From positions 35,402,001-35,466,000 of the forward strand of contig CM060732.1 of NCBI GenBank assembly GCA_030704615.1: a DNA stretch of 64,000 nucleotides, in the 5' to 3' direction. Under the pieces are notes generated by a model that had not been told where the DNA came from, did not search any database, and saw only the letters and a list, made by a program, of their open reading frames with translations. The position numbers and the translations under genes were made by a program. The stretch comes from Takakia lepidozioides (taxonomy: Eukaryota; Plantae; Bryophyta). Position 1 is the first letter of the stretch. The number at the start of each line of letters is the position of its first letter. This document shows positions 13,010 to 25,760 of the stretch, one piece after another.

Positions 13010-15260
13010 TTAAAGTGGGGTGGTTGTCCATAAGAGGGGGGGGCTGGCTTCAAGCCTCCCTACTATTTGTGCTCCATTCTCGAGTTCAACCCTTCAATAT
13101 GAGAGGAGGGGCAAATCAGCCCTATGTAGTATCACACATTGGTTGGGGAAAAAAAAAAAAAAAAAAAACCGAAGTTAAAGGGTGGGGGCTTACCACAGGT
13201 TGAGGGGGCTGGTTGGCGGGCTCTCTACTCGCACTCCCTCCTCCTTGTGTGTGATCTGGTAGAGTAGGGGGCTAATCAGCCCCTGCTATACCAAGTTTTT
13301 GGAAATAAAATAAAATAAACAGTGAATGAGGAGAGTCATAAGGCAAAGTGGCTCTTAGTTAGGTCTTCATCTCTCTTCTATTTCTCTCACTAAGACTGCT
13401 CCTAATGGAGCTGCCCTAGCTCTCTTCTTCCTAACCAGTTGCCCCGATTACAGCCGTTAGAAGGTGGCCACGGCAATATCCGCTCGAGGTGAAGTGACAC
13501 CATAAGTTACACTTGTTTTGATGAGCTACAAGCTGCCAATGATTCGTAATCCTGCCAAGCCTAATGGTACATATGAAATGACTACACTAAGTCCGCGAGG
13601 CCCACCTTGAATAGAGTAGTAATCATAAGGCAAAATGGCTCTTAGTCAAGTCGCTTACAAATGCGGTGTAACGGGTTTGGTTGGGAGGCCTCCCTACCTG
13701 CCCTCATTCCCTTCCATGCACGATCTGCCATAGCAGAAGAGCAAGGGCTAATCAGCCCATCTTATATCATAATTTAAAATAATTAAAATAAATAAAGAAC
13801 AATGAAGGGGAGTTACCAGGGGCTAATGGGGGCTGGTTGGCAGGTCAAGCTTCCTTCTACTTCCTTCCCGAGTGCAACATATCACTAGGAGAGGAGGGGC
13901 AAATGTGCCCTCTATTGTACCACACATTGGAAAACACAACATAAACAAACTAAGCTAAAGGGTGAGGGCTTACCACAAGATGAGAGGGCTGGTTGGCGGA
14001 CCTCTCTACGCGCACTCCCTCCTTCTTGTGTGTGATCTACATAGCAGCAAAACTGAGGGGGCTAATCAGGCCCCTGCTATACCAACTTTCTGGATTTATA
14101 TATCACTGGATGAGGGGGATGCTTACATGTGCGGTGCAACGGGGGCTGGTTGGCAGGCCTCCCTACTTGCCTTTCTTCCCTCCCATGCACGATCTGCCAT
14201 AACAGCAGAGCAAGGGGCTAATCAGCCCCTCTTATAACACAAATTTAAAACAGTTAAAAAAATAAAGATCAATGAAGGGGAGTTACAACTTACCGGTGGA
14301 TAATGGGGGCTGCTTGGCGGGTCCCTCCCTACTCGGGCTCCCACCCTCTCATGCACAATCTGCCATAACAGAAGAGAAAGCGGCTAACTTATCAACCCCC
14401 TAATGTATCAAATTTTTTAAAAAAAAACACAAATAAAGAGAAAGATGCTTACAATTGGGCAATGTGGGCTGGATGGCGGGGCCCTCCTTGCTTTGCGCTC
14501 CCTCCCATGCAAAATATGCCATAGTGGAAGAGCCGCTAATTTGCCCCATGATATATCAAAAAAGAAAAGAAAAGAATGAATGATGATGCTTACCATGGAC
14601 CAAGGGGGCTGGTTGGCGTTGCCCTCCCTACTCGCCTTTCCTCCCTCCTGTGCACCACCTTCCGCAACAGAAAAATAGGAGGCTGATTAGCTTCCTGGTG
14701 AACCAAAATTAAAAATAGTAAAATAATTCAAAAATGGTGGATGCTTACCAACAACGGGGCTGGTTGGCGGGGCCCCCGCTTCCTCCCTCCCGTGCACCAC
14801 TTACCACAATAGAAGAACAGGGGGCTCATTAGCTCCCTGTTGAACCATTAAAAAAAAAAACAAAAAATGGTAGATGCTTACCAACAAGCGACGGGGCTGG
14901 TTGGCGGGGCCCTCCCTGCTCACACTCCCTCCCTCTCTATCCACCACTTGCCCCCAGTAGCAGAAGGGGGGCCTAATCAGCCCCATGTGGTGCCATAAAT
15001 TGAGAAAAGAAACAAAAAAAAAAACACGAACCAATCAATCTAAGAAGAAAAGGGAGATGAAGTGAGAGATGGAGATGAAATGAGAGAGAGAGAGAAAAAT
15101 AATAATCAAAAGACATAAAAACCAAAAGACGGGGTGAAAGACTCTTACCAGCTGCGGCGGGGGCGAGCAGGCTATTGTCGCGGCTGGCTGGTTTCTGCTC
15201 ACATACACTCCCACCCACATGACCTGCTGCATAAAGCCAAGGGGATACATCAGCCCCTTT
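13010..15260. repeat. Array of ~12 cassettes (~100-120 bp) separated by variable A-rich spacers
   Basis: Recurrent unit cttac...ggggctggttggc...ccctccct...ggggctaatcagcccc...tata at ~13040, 13205, 13670, 13830, 13985, 14141, 14305, 14465, 14605, 14755, 14892 and 15160 (first and last degenerate). Confidence 0.85.
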
Positions 15261-16743
15261 TTACAAGAAATAAACATAAGAATAAAATAGAAAAGAAATA
15301 GAGAGGTAATGAGAGAGGAAAAGATGGAGGTCGAGAGAAAGACAGAGTAGGAGATGGAGCGACGGAGGAAGAGACGGAATTAGACATGGATTGAAGCGAC
15401 GGAAGAAGAGATAGAATCATACATGGATTGGAGTAGAGAACAGTAGATGAGTGTGCGAAGAGACACTTAGGGATATGGGTGGAACCACAACCGTCAGAGT
15501 CCCAGTCTCCGGTTCCCACACGTGTGGTTGCAGCAGGAACCGCCGGTTTCGGTTCTACGTCAATCCCCATTTTCTGGTTCCGGTTCTGGTTCTACAGGGG
15601 CGGTTCCGGTTCCCATAGTTGACAGCCTCTCCTTGTGCTCCTCCATCTATGGTCTTGTTTTTGCATGCTCCCAACTCATCCGTGGAAAGCCACGCCTCTT
15701 CTTCCCCTCGCAAGATTTTTTTTTTCTTTGCTACTTTCTTACGTGCAACGCGTCTCTGCTCCCCCCTCTGTGGAGGGTCTTGTGTGTATAAAGTTTTTTT
15801 CCTCTGTTGCAGCCTCTGTTTTCCCCTCATCTGTTTCAACTTTCTAGTCTCCTATAGTCAAAAGTTCCATATTTTTTGTGTTGCACCCTCATGAAGTATC
15901 TCCTTATCTGTCTCTGGTCCATTCTCATCATAAACCGCTTTCTGTCCTCAAGCCTCATTTGATCCTCCCTCGTCTGCTCCCCCTCACGTACTCCTCCCCC
16001 GTCTATATGTGGTCCCCCCTTCTGAGAGCTCCTTGTGATTACTCCCCCCCTCACCTGTTAATTCTTCTGCTCCTTCATCTCTGTATTCCATGGCAATGTT
16101 GGGCTAGCAGAGTGCAAAATGTTATGTTTCCTCTTGCATAGTCATGGGGATATTACCACAGACATGAATATCGAGGGAATGTTGTTTGTCCAGTCTATTC
16201 CCTCTGTATGAGTTGTGATGCATGCAACGCATTCGGAGGTTTTCTCAACTTGAGTGACCCCGATACGCGATGAAATGCGGGTCTTACTTGCCCCCTCAAA
16301 CACAGACTTAATCCTCCTGAACCTGTTCCCCCTATGTCAATTACTCGAGCAGCATAGACAAACGATCCACAAACCATCCCATTATTATCTACTATTGTAG
16401 ACACCTGGTTTACCCCACAACAAAAAATCACATCCTCATTGCCCCCCATGATACAGCTCAGGTTTGCATACCGATGCGACATGACGTCGCGTCAGGTCGC
16501 GGTGGATTTGACGATGACGTGGGCCTCCATTACATTAAATTTATATACAAATAAATAAAAATAATAAAGAGAATAAAAGAAAACTGCCACGTAAGCTAAA
16601 AAAAATCCAAAGAAATAATCATGTGGCCCAAGCAAACAACCAAAAATGCCATGTCGGATAGATAAACAATATATATATTTCAAAAGTTTGATTAACTGTA
16701 AATTAACCCCGATATACATCTTCAAAATTTATTTAGATAAAAT

Positions 16744-17337
16744 TGGGACCGCGATTTTGGCGGTTGCATATAATCTCGAAAAAATTCAAAAAACTTAGGG
16801 ACCGTTAGTGTTGGCGGTCTTCTTATGAATAAAAAATATGTAAATTCAGGACCGCCAGATCTAGCGATCTTGATTTTTTTTAAATTAATAATTTACCTAA
16901 CGGTCCCGATTTTAAGAGAAATATTTAATAAATCAAGACCGCCAAAGATGACAGTCACAGTATTTCAGAAAATATTTAATAAAACATGGCCGCCAGAGCT
17001 GACAGTCCCAATTTTATTATTTTATTATTGGATAAAATTGAAACCGTCAGTACTGCGGACTCGAGTTTTTTAAAAATTTAAATGTTTTTCTCGGATAAAA
17101 TTGGGACCGCCAGATCTGGTCGTCCCAATTGTTTGTCTTTTTTTTGGATACAATCTAGGCCACCAAAGCTGGCGGTCCCGATTTTTTCTTAAGAAAAATA
17201 TAATGTTTTTAAAGATAAAATTGGGACGCAAGAGCTTATGGTCCCAATTTGTTTTATTTTTATTTTTATCTATGGAAATCAAGACTGCTGAGCTGGCAGT
17301 CCCTATTTATTTATTTATTAAAATCGGGACTGCCATG
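16744..17337. repeat. Array of ~11 palindromic ~24-bp motifs (consensus gggaccgccagANctggcggtccc) with AT-rich spacers
   Basis: Copies at about 16744, 16798, 16848, 16935, 16987, 17041, 17103, 17157, 17223, 17281 and 17326. Period mostly 50-60 bp. Confidence 0.8.
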
Positions 17338-18083
17338 ATTTTATTTTTTATTTAAAAAAAATTCAAATTGGCACTAACAATCCACTAACAACTCACTGGA
17401 CATTAAACAAACTTTACTCGTAAGTATTTAATAGTGAATATGGGTTAAGAGGGGATGGAGAGGGAAGATTTGACAAAGGACCTGTCGCCTAAATTGTGCA
17501 AAGTATATTGTCAGATCACACGCATGCATTAAGTTCATACATTATTCGTATTGGTTTCTTGTTACCACATACAAGTTTATTGGTCTTGACTTCTCAAAGC
17601 ATGACTACGCAAAGGGTTTAGGAGTCGTGAGGCCCAAGAAATGTCACAGAGCCATTCAATGATTGACAGATATTGAATGAAGTTTTCAATTTTCATTCAC
17701 ATGCTCGTGCTGACCTCAAATAGCCATTGTTTTAGAGGTTTATTTTCTCATTTCCCAATCCATTCAAAAGTACATATATTTATTGGCTGTGCCTTTTTAA
17801 GGCAAGACTAGGGAAAGGGTTTTGACTTAGCACCAATACTCTCTCAAATTAGTTCAAGCTGGAAAATTTCATCCATATTTATAGATGGATGAAATATGTA
17901 AACAAGATGTAGTCCATTGGGTAGTAGACTACACAAATGCACAAATACATGTTGCAAAAAACTGGCAGATCCAGGTCACGGAATTTTCCAGGATAGTGTA
18001 GGCACTTGGTTCGTAATGGTAGGGTAGGGTTTGCATGTACTCCATGCATTAGTTCACCATCATTAAGGAATACAATAAGAATA

Positions 18084-20601
18084 CAATCAACCCTGGATAA
18101 TTATTATGCCTATAGAGCAGAAAAATTATAACATTTAGGGAGATATATCATGTAATAGAAATAGAAGTCAAAATCCAAAACATAACATTTAAGAAAATAA
18201 CAATAAAGCAGGTTTTAAAAAAAAACAATTAAAAAGGGTTAGGGTTCAAATTCCACTGCATACACCATTTCTTCAATGAAACAAAATACAACTTTTATTC
18301 ATTAGACGGCTGAAAATACGAAGTAATGTCCATTTGTCGGCAGTTGAACTGCCTAGCATGACAAACCTCTTTATCTATGAAGAGACACTTTGAGAGAAAC
18401 GTACTGGTATCGAAAGGTTGTTGCGCAAGGTACAAATGCACAGTTTCTAAAGCTGCTTTCATCTCAGAAAACGAAACCAAAATCATTGGGACAGCAGAAA
18501 CCACTACGTCCTCTTCTTCATCCTCTTGAACTCCTTCACTGGGGATGACCAATACCCAAACCTCCTTTCCTTGGTTCAAAGGGCTCATTCAAATCGAATT
18601 GAGCTTCAAACTCGACATATTCTCGAGCATCCATCGTAGGGCAATCTCTACTGTGATTGAGCGAGACCTCCGCAAATTATTCTAATGTCTCTCAACCTCT
18701 TCAGTAACAATTTCAGGAGTCTGCCTGATAGAATTCTCGCCCTCGTTCTCATCTAAATTGGGCAAACAAAACAAACCACAACGTCGCCAACAATGTCTGG
18801 TCGTATCAGAATTCACCGAAATACGCCATGCTTTTTCAAGCATAACCACAGCCTGATACACATCAAGAGAAGGATCTCTATTATCCATCAAAGTATCAAT
18901 GTGATGCTTAATGAAAAGCCTCTTGTAGTGAGCCTTGAAACACTTGATGATTCCAACGTCCATTGGTTGTCACTAGTGGTGTTAGGAGGCAACATGACGA
19001 TGGTGCTAATGTGTAATCGCTCACCAATATTCACCACCTTATGCCCAGAGAAGTTGTCTAGCAGGAGCAGAACTTTCTCTTTGTCAGCCAGTTGCATCCT
19101 TATTTCAAAGTTGAGTAGAAATTTCTCAAATAACGGAATGGTTATCAATGTTTTTTTGTTGCTGGACCACATGATACCTAAATTTGCTGGACGTGAAATA
19201 TGCCTACGCGTAAATGCATGAGGCTTCTCTGACTTGTTGATGACAAATGGAGGTAGTTTCATACTCCCGTCTGCATTTGATGTCAAAGAAACAGTTATGC
19301 GTTCTTTGAATTGTTTCTTTCCACTCAAACGTCAAGTCGCTAGAGTTTTGTTGGGCTCGAGTTTGTAGAAAAGTCCGGTTTCATCCATGTTAAACACATC
19401 AGTGGGAGAGTAATGAGAAACTTGTTCACGTATCGCACGCATCTGTGTCTCTGTCTCGCTTGAGTCATCAAGTGAAGAAGCCTTTCCATGCCTTGTGTAA
19501 CCTCGAATCCCATACCGCTTCTTGAAGCCCTGTACCCATTCGTGTGAGAACACCAGACCTCGTTCATCTTCATTTGGAGGCTCTTTGTGGTAGAAGCGCT
19601 TGGCAGCCTCACATATTGATGCATCAGTGAGAGTTGCACCTCTTTCCTGCATGAGAGAAAACCAAGAGAAAGTAGCTTCTTCTACTCTTGGAAATAAAAC
19701 TTTCCTTCCTCTCTTAGAGTGAGGTATTGTAAGATTAATGTACTCATCTTTCTGATTAAAAGCCTACTGATAGTCATTTCAGAGACTTGACATTGAAAGT
19801 TCTGTGATGCCCATGTAGCCAGAGCCTTGTTGCTCATGACTTTGTTTCCGGTAGATTGCTCTTCATGGTGTAATAAGATAATCCTACGCTGTTCATTATT
19901 CAAGTGCAGCTTAGGCGCCATTCTCGTATACCAAAGCAAATCTATTTGAAAGAGGTTACATGAGCATGTGATCATGTTAACTCTCATTAAACTTAGTACA
20001 GTTGCATTTGCATAAGAAGATATAAAGAATTCTAAATCTACTAGAGGACCTACACTTCAGCTGTTTCTCTCTTACAGCAAAATCGAGACCAATGTGAGAC
20101 TTCAGTTATAGTAGACATATACACTCGCGAGGATCCTCGAGCCATCTCACGGCTACACACTTCAGACAAGTACAACCGCAGCATGAGTGGTTCATCTCAT
20201 GTATAGACAGTTGTAAGTAGCATCTTGAGAGCACATGGCTCGTCATGGCAGAGAGACCGAGTCATCGCAGAAAGACTTGTTGAAGACCGCGTGCTTAAAT
20301 ATGAACGTTCTGCTAATCTATTTTTGGGAATTATGTATGGACGTGGTGGTGCCTTTGGATAACCACCTTACATCCTTGATAAGAGTGGATGAATGTTTTC
20401 TCAAACCAACTATATTAAGGCTCAACATAAAATCTAACAACTATGGAGGTGTGCTAACAAAGAGAAGAGCATATTTTCATAACACATATCAAATAACGCT
20501 CTATGCCATTTTCAAGTGTAAAATTTTTACAGAGCCAAAATTTCATAACATTAAGGGTGATATAACATTAAAGGAGGTAACCATTTATCCAGGGTTGACT
20601 G
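18084..20601 (-). mobile_element. pogo/Tigger-like (Tc1/mariner) transposon, full length
   Basis: TIR ca(a/g)tcaaccctggataa at both ends. TA TSD at 18082-18083 and 20602-20603. Confidence 0.92.
18295..19921 (-). pseudogene. pogo/CENP-B-like DDE_1 transposase, frameshifted
   Basis: N-terminal HTH (MAPKLHLNNEQR...VSEMTISRLL), FSHEWVQGFKKRYGI, VFNMDETGLFYK, KERITV, LLLLDNFSGH, LPPNTTS, MDVGIIKCFKAHY and C-terminal QMDITSYF. Confidence 0.9.
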
Positions 20602-23129
20602 TAATGTAAGATCTTAATGGACGCATGTGATCTGACGGTGTTTTCGGCGGCAGCCAAGGTTCCTCCAGAGGGGCCCCTGTCAAATCCTCCCCACCCCATC
20701 TTACCTCTGTTTCATTGTTAAATACTTGAGAATCCAAGTGGGTTTTATGTTGTGGTGGGTAGTGTGATTGTCAGGTAATAGCATTGCAGGCGGCGAGTTC
20801 CGGGTTCGATTGTTAATGGGAGGCTCTTGTAGTGTAACCCGGATATTAGTATTCCAATTAGTGTAACCCTCTGTAACCCCGGTCTCTCATATAACCCTGG
20901 TTAGTCCATTTTGGACGTAGTCAAATCTCGAGACCAAGTGTGACTTACATCGAGTGAAGTTACACTCCATTATGTGTAACTCCGATTACACACCTTGTCG
21001 TGTAACCCAATGTAATCGCGACTTTACACTCCTTGAGTTCCATGTCACTCTCAAGAGAGGTGGGGAAGATTTGACATGCCAAAATCCGACGCACCATGCT
21101 GACAGAGGTTGCACGTGTGCATTAAGTTCTTACATTGTTCCTATTATCTTCCCATCCTAAATCCCTGCATAATTTCCCAGTAATTTCTCACTGGCATCCT
21201 GTTCGTTATACATTTCCCAGTGTATGGCCCAATTGAGTTTTGCTATTGTGTACCTCAAAACTAAGTGGCAGCCAGGTCCCCTTCAAGTCTTCCCTTGGAC
21301 TAACAACCAGAGCTCGCTAGAGTGGGCAAATTTGGAATCGACATATTTTGTCATTTTCATTTTTAAAAATGTTATTAAATGTTTTAAAAATGTTTTTTGT
21401 AAACAGGGTTACAGAGGCCCTGGAAGCATTTGTGTAGCCATGATCCAATGCAACGGTCACGTTGCAAAGGAGAATTCTTTTTATAAAAGTCCTTCAGGGA
21501 CCATCCAATCAGAGTTCACCACATGTGCTCCGACCATAATCTGACGGCTGGGACTTTCCCTGGCCTACCAAGCAGCAGGGGACACGGAGGAGCTGACAAG
21601 TCCCGGGCAGCGGCACGACTCCCTGCCCGCCCTAAACTGTCCCATGACTCAGCGAGGGCCGCCAGCAGACATCCTCCATCCATATCCCTACACGTGCCCA
21701 AGGACGGTGTATCGCCAGGACACGTCACCGGGAACAAATCCGCCGTTCGCCGCGTCCCTACCGGCCCGCTCTGGACTGTTCCAGCCCGCCCACGTGGATA
21801 CACTACGGATTTGGGCAAACAGCAGAGCACTTTCCAGTCATCATGACGGCTCCGGCCCGTGGGACATCGTCCTGGCCAAGCAACCCAAGGTATGTTACCA
21901 TGTAGTTTCCCGTCTGACACGTAGGCGACCAAAATACTGCATGAGCAGATGGCGGCGGGTTCCACACATTCGCACGTGCGGCGTGTGAGTGGATGAGAGC
22001 GCAGTACGGGCATCTTTTTTTTTCTGTGCGTTTGTTTTTTTCTTTGTTGGGGTGTGTGCCCTAACTTAGGCGCCTCCAAGTTGTGGTGGAAGAAAGATAG
22101 TGGTGGGGTCGTTGCACGTTGAGTGGCTGCTAACTGACCCCTTGTGCAGGGGACGATTGTCACACCCAATGGACGAGTTTGTCTGTGGATCAGGTCCTGG
22201 ACCTACAGGGATAAGATATTCTTATGCAGGATACTCTCCATGTAAGGTCCCAAGCAGCCCTACCTTTTTAGGCGAAGCCGTAAAGCACCCAAAAAATTGT
22301 GCCCCAACACCCCTATGCAAAAAACAGGGCCCTGAAAAAAAAATAGCCAGAAAGATTCGGTTCCTTGGCCGGGTGGTGCCAAAAAGCACCAGGGAACCCG
22401 ACCCTTTTCGCCTGGGAACTGGTCCATTGTGCCCTAAATCGAAGGGCCCGATCCTGTAGGATCTCGCCACCTGCACCTGTCACGGCCGTCTGGGCATGGG
22501 CAAGGGCATGGGTTAATTTTGCCACCTATTTCTGCCTCCATTTCCAGATGTGTCGCCTTGAATGATATATATAAGTGATGAAATTGCCATATTGCAAAAT
22601 ATATAGCATACCTGTAGCCAGGTAGGATCCAGGTGGACATTGTACTAGTCATCACCTCTGCACTTGATTCCCAAAGGCTGGTCTACAACTACCTTCACAC
22701 TACACGTAGCTTGGACTTTAACCCCAATGGTCACCGTTGACTTTGCCATGACAGGAAGGTGAAAAATAGCAATAAAAAAACCAAACCAAACCAAACCAAA
22801 AAACCTAATATAATATTATTGCAAAATAGCAATAAAAACCTAACCTTCGTGGATCCACCTCCCAATTTGCGGACCAGCCAAACGCAACCAAATGTGTACA
22901 CCCCTGGTTAGAAAGGGATTAATACTGTATGCCTACATGAATGCAATGAACCCAAAAAAAAAAAAAACCCTGCATAGCTTTATAAAAATATGTACAAATG
23001 GGTATAATTGTCCCCAAGAGGAAAAACCCACGCTTGTAGAGCTAGATATATTGACACAAAGAAAGAAATCAAACTATTCTATTATCACCTACAACCTAAA
23101 GAAGGTCAGACAATAGGAAAGATGATGGA

Positions 23130-23490
23130 TCAGAGAGTGGCGGGAGGTGAGATGAAGCCGCCCCGGCAACTAAGCCTTTTGCAGAGCAAGCGTATGGGCT
23201 TCCAAGGCTTTTGTTTTCTGCTGCACGATGGGCACATGTGTGAAGGAAGTCATTAAACTGAATCTGATGCAAACAACCAAAGATTTTGACTTCCAAAAGA
23301 AGGAATGTGTCTGTGGAATGACGTGCCTGATAGTCGCGCTCCTTTCCCTGCGCAACTACTGAAGCAACAACTCCCTGTGATGAGGCTGTGCGGGGAAGGA
23401 GATCTGACCTAGTAGGATCAACGAATGACAACGTCCGCCAATGTACGCAATCCATCGTGCGAAAGAACAATGTCAACTCTTGTAGTGGCA
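23130..23490 (-). mobile_element. 3' fragment of a CRE/R2-type non-LTR retrotransposon (restriction-like endonuclease)
   Basis: Frameshifted RVDIVLSHDGLRTLADVV/VDPTR...KERDY...DTFLLLEVKIFGCLH...LALQKA, a PD-(D/E)xK-type RLE pattern. Confidence 0.6.
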
Positions 23491-24600
23491 ACAATGTCCG
23501 CCAAGTATGGAAACAAGCTTGTCCTTCATCAACTGTTCTAGATTGTTATACTTACCACTACACTTAACCATCATCTCAACCACGATCATATTCTACTATG
23601 GTGCAGAAAATTTAGCATGCAAAGCATTTTGCTTATCAATAAGCGAACAAGTCTTCGCCAATTTGTCAGTTTCCACATCACGGTTGTTAACAGGGTGAAG
23701 AGATCACAATGTGGCTTCCCATCTATTCCGTGAGACAATGCAGATCAAAATTTTGTTATATTCACAGAACTTAGCTTCACTCTAGTAGTACCGAATATTT
23801 GGTAAAGTTTTTTTTTACCCGTGTGGGCTGCCGTCCAAGCTCTTAGTTCTATACATGTTAGTGGTTGTATCTCCCTTATTCCTTATACTTGGAAATGTTG
23901 TTGCAACATTATGACAAAATATTCATAATTACAACTTTTCTGCAAAATAGACGGACCAAAAAAGAAAGAAAATTTGGGTGGGAGTAACAAATGGCCAGTG
24001 AATGACAATTGGTGACCATTATGACCGCTTGGCCACAAAGGCTCGGGTAAGGTAGAGACAAAAGACTTCCACATATTGCCAACAACATTAAACCAAAATC
24101 ACTTACATCATCGTAGATAACAAGCTCAATTTTTATTAAATTAGTGCCATAGAATGGCCCCGTCATCCTGAGGGGTGCACTCCAGCCAATATGTACCAGC
24201 CACGTGCGTGCACAGGAGGGGGTATTTTAAACCCCCCCATGTACAACATTATACATACATAGGGGGGTTTAAAACACCTTAAATATAATATTACAGGAGG
24301 GGGTTGTTGAATTTTAAGGGGTAGTCTAGTAAAAAGGACGTCGATTGGGTAGCGATGCACTGCGGGATCAAATCGCGCGATCATTCTTTTTGTTTGTGTT
24401 TTTTTCTTGCTCCCCGCGATCTTTCTCTCCTTCCCTCCCCCGGGGGCTCTCTTTTCCCTCCCCTCCTCTCCTCTCCTCTCCTCTCCCCTCCTCTCCCACG
24501 TTCGCCTTCCTTCCCGCGGGCTTTCTCTTTTCCCTCCTCTCCTCTCATTTCTTCTCCACTTCTCTCCCGCGTTTGTGGGTGGATGGTCGACCGCAGGGCA

Positions 24601-25290
24601 TGGTATTCTTCCTGATGTTTACAAGGTTCTTGGGAGAGTCAGCTTGGTCTTAGCAGGCCGTTTTAATCTCTGCCTGCTCAGCTGCACCGTGGTGGTTCTC
24701 AAAGATCAATCCAACATTACATGACTACAGACACCAGCGGCACACAGAAGAGGTCATTTTGGGTTGATGGGAGGTCAAATCCTCCATGGGTCATGACACA
24801 AGGTCAATGACAATGTGGTGAGGGCACCTTCTTCTTCGACCTATTTCAGCCTCTTTTGCCCTCTTGTCAGACTCGGCGCTAAATTTGCAGCACGGAACAG
24901 AGCTGGCATGAGTTTTTTTTTAAGATCCTTCACGATGGTGGGACAATTGCAATCGCAAGGTGTCGCCTTTTCTTAAGGTACGATGTGAAAAAGTTTGTTC
25001 ATCCTGCAAATGCGGGCTCTTGCCTCCTATTAATACCATGATTTGGTATTCTTCCTGATGTTTACAAGGTTCTTGGGAGAGTCAGCTTGGTCTTAGCAGG
25101 CCATGTTTCAATCTCTGCCCGCGTTTTCACAGACCAATCCATCATTACTTGACTACAAACACAAGTATTACACACAAGAGGTCATTTCGGGTTCATGATC
25201 AGTTAAATCCTCCATGGGTCATGACAGAAGGTCGAGGAAAATGTGGTGAACGCACCTTCTTCGACCTATTTCAGCCTGTTTTTCCCACTA
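24601..25290. repeat. Direct duplication of ~250 bp (24601-24860 and 25043-25290)
   Basis: Both copies start tggtattcttcctgatgtttacaaggttcttgggagagtcagcttggtcttagcaggcc and stay colinear. Confidence 0.85.
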
Positions 25291-25760
25291 ATCAGACTCA
25301 ACCCTGAATTTGCATATTGAATTTTGTAAGTTGGCTCGTTGGGTGGATCTGTGGTGAGGGGCACCTTCTTCTTTGACATGTTTCAGTCTGTTTTGCCCTG
25401 TCATCAGGCTCAACCCTGAATCTGCATATTGAAAAATGTAGGTTAGCTCGTTGGGTGGATCTATTGTGAGGGCTCCTTCTTCTTGGACCTGTTTCAGCTT
25501 GTTTTGCCCTCTCATCAGGCTCAGCCCTGAATTTAGATATTGAATGATGTAAGTTAGCTCGGTGGGTGGATCTGTGGTGAGGGCACCTTCTTCTCCCACC
25601 TGTTTCACCCTGTTTTGCCCTCTCATCAGACTCAGCCCTGAATTTGGATATTGAAAGATGTAAGTTAGCTCGTTGGGTGGATGTGTGCTGAGGGCACCTT
25701 CTTCTTTGACCTGTTTCAGCCTGTTTTGCCCTCTCATCAAGCTCAGCCCTGAATTTGCAT
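25290..25760. repeat. Tandem repeat, 117-bp unit x ~4
   Basis: Unit ctcagccctgaattt...ttagctcgttgggtggat...agggcaccttcttc...tgtttcagcctgttttgccc. The minus frame is open and encodes a 39-aa repeat. Confidence 0.85.

Larger units (their letters stand above)
17372..20776. mobile_element. Non-autonomous long-TIR (foldback/Mutator-like) element whose right arm is interrupted by the pogo element
   Basis: 17372-17560 (aagtatttaa...gatttgaca...tcagatcaca...cattaag..tacattattc) is a degenerate inverted repeat of 18065-18083 joined to 20604-20776. Further related copies lie at 20900-21150 and, inverted, at 10440-10630. Confidence 0.55.

Noticed and set aside
16744-17337. CRISPR array
   Set aside because: Eukaryotic context, degenerate repeats, low-complexity related spacers and no cas genes.
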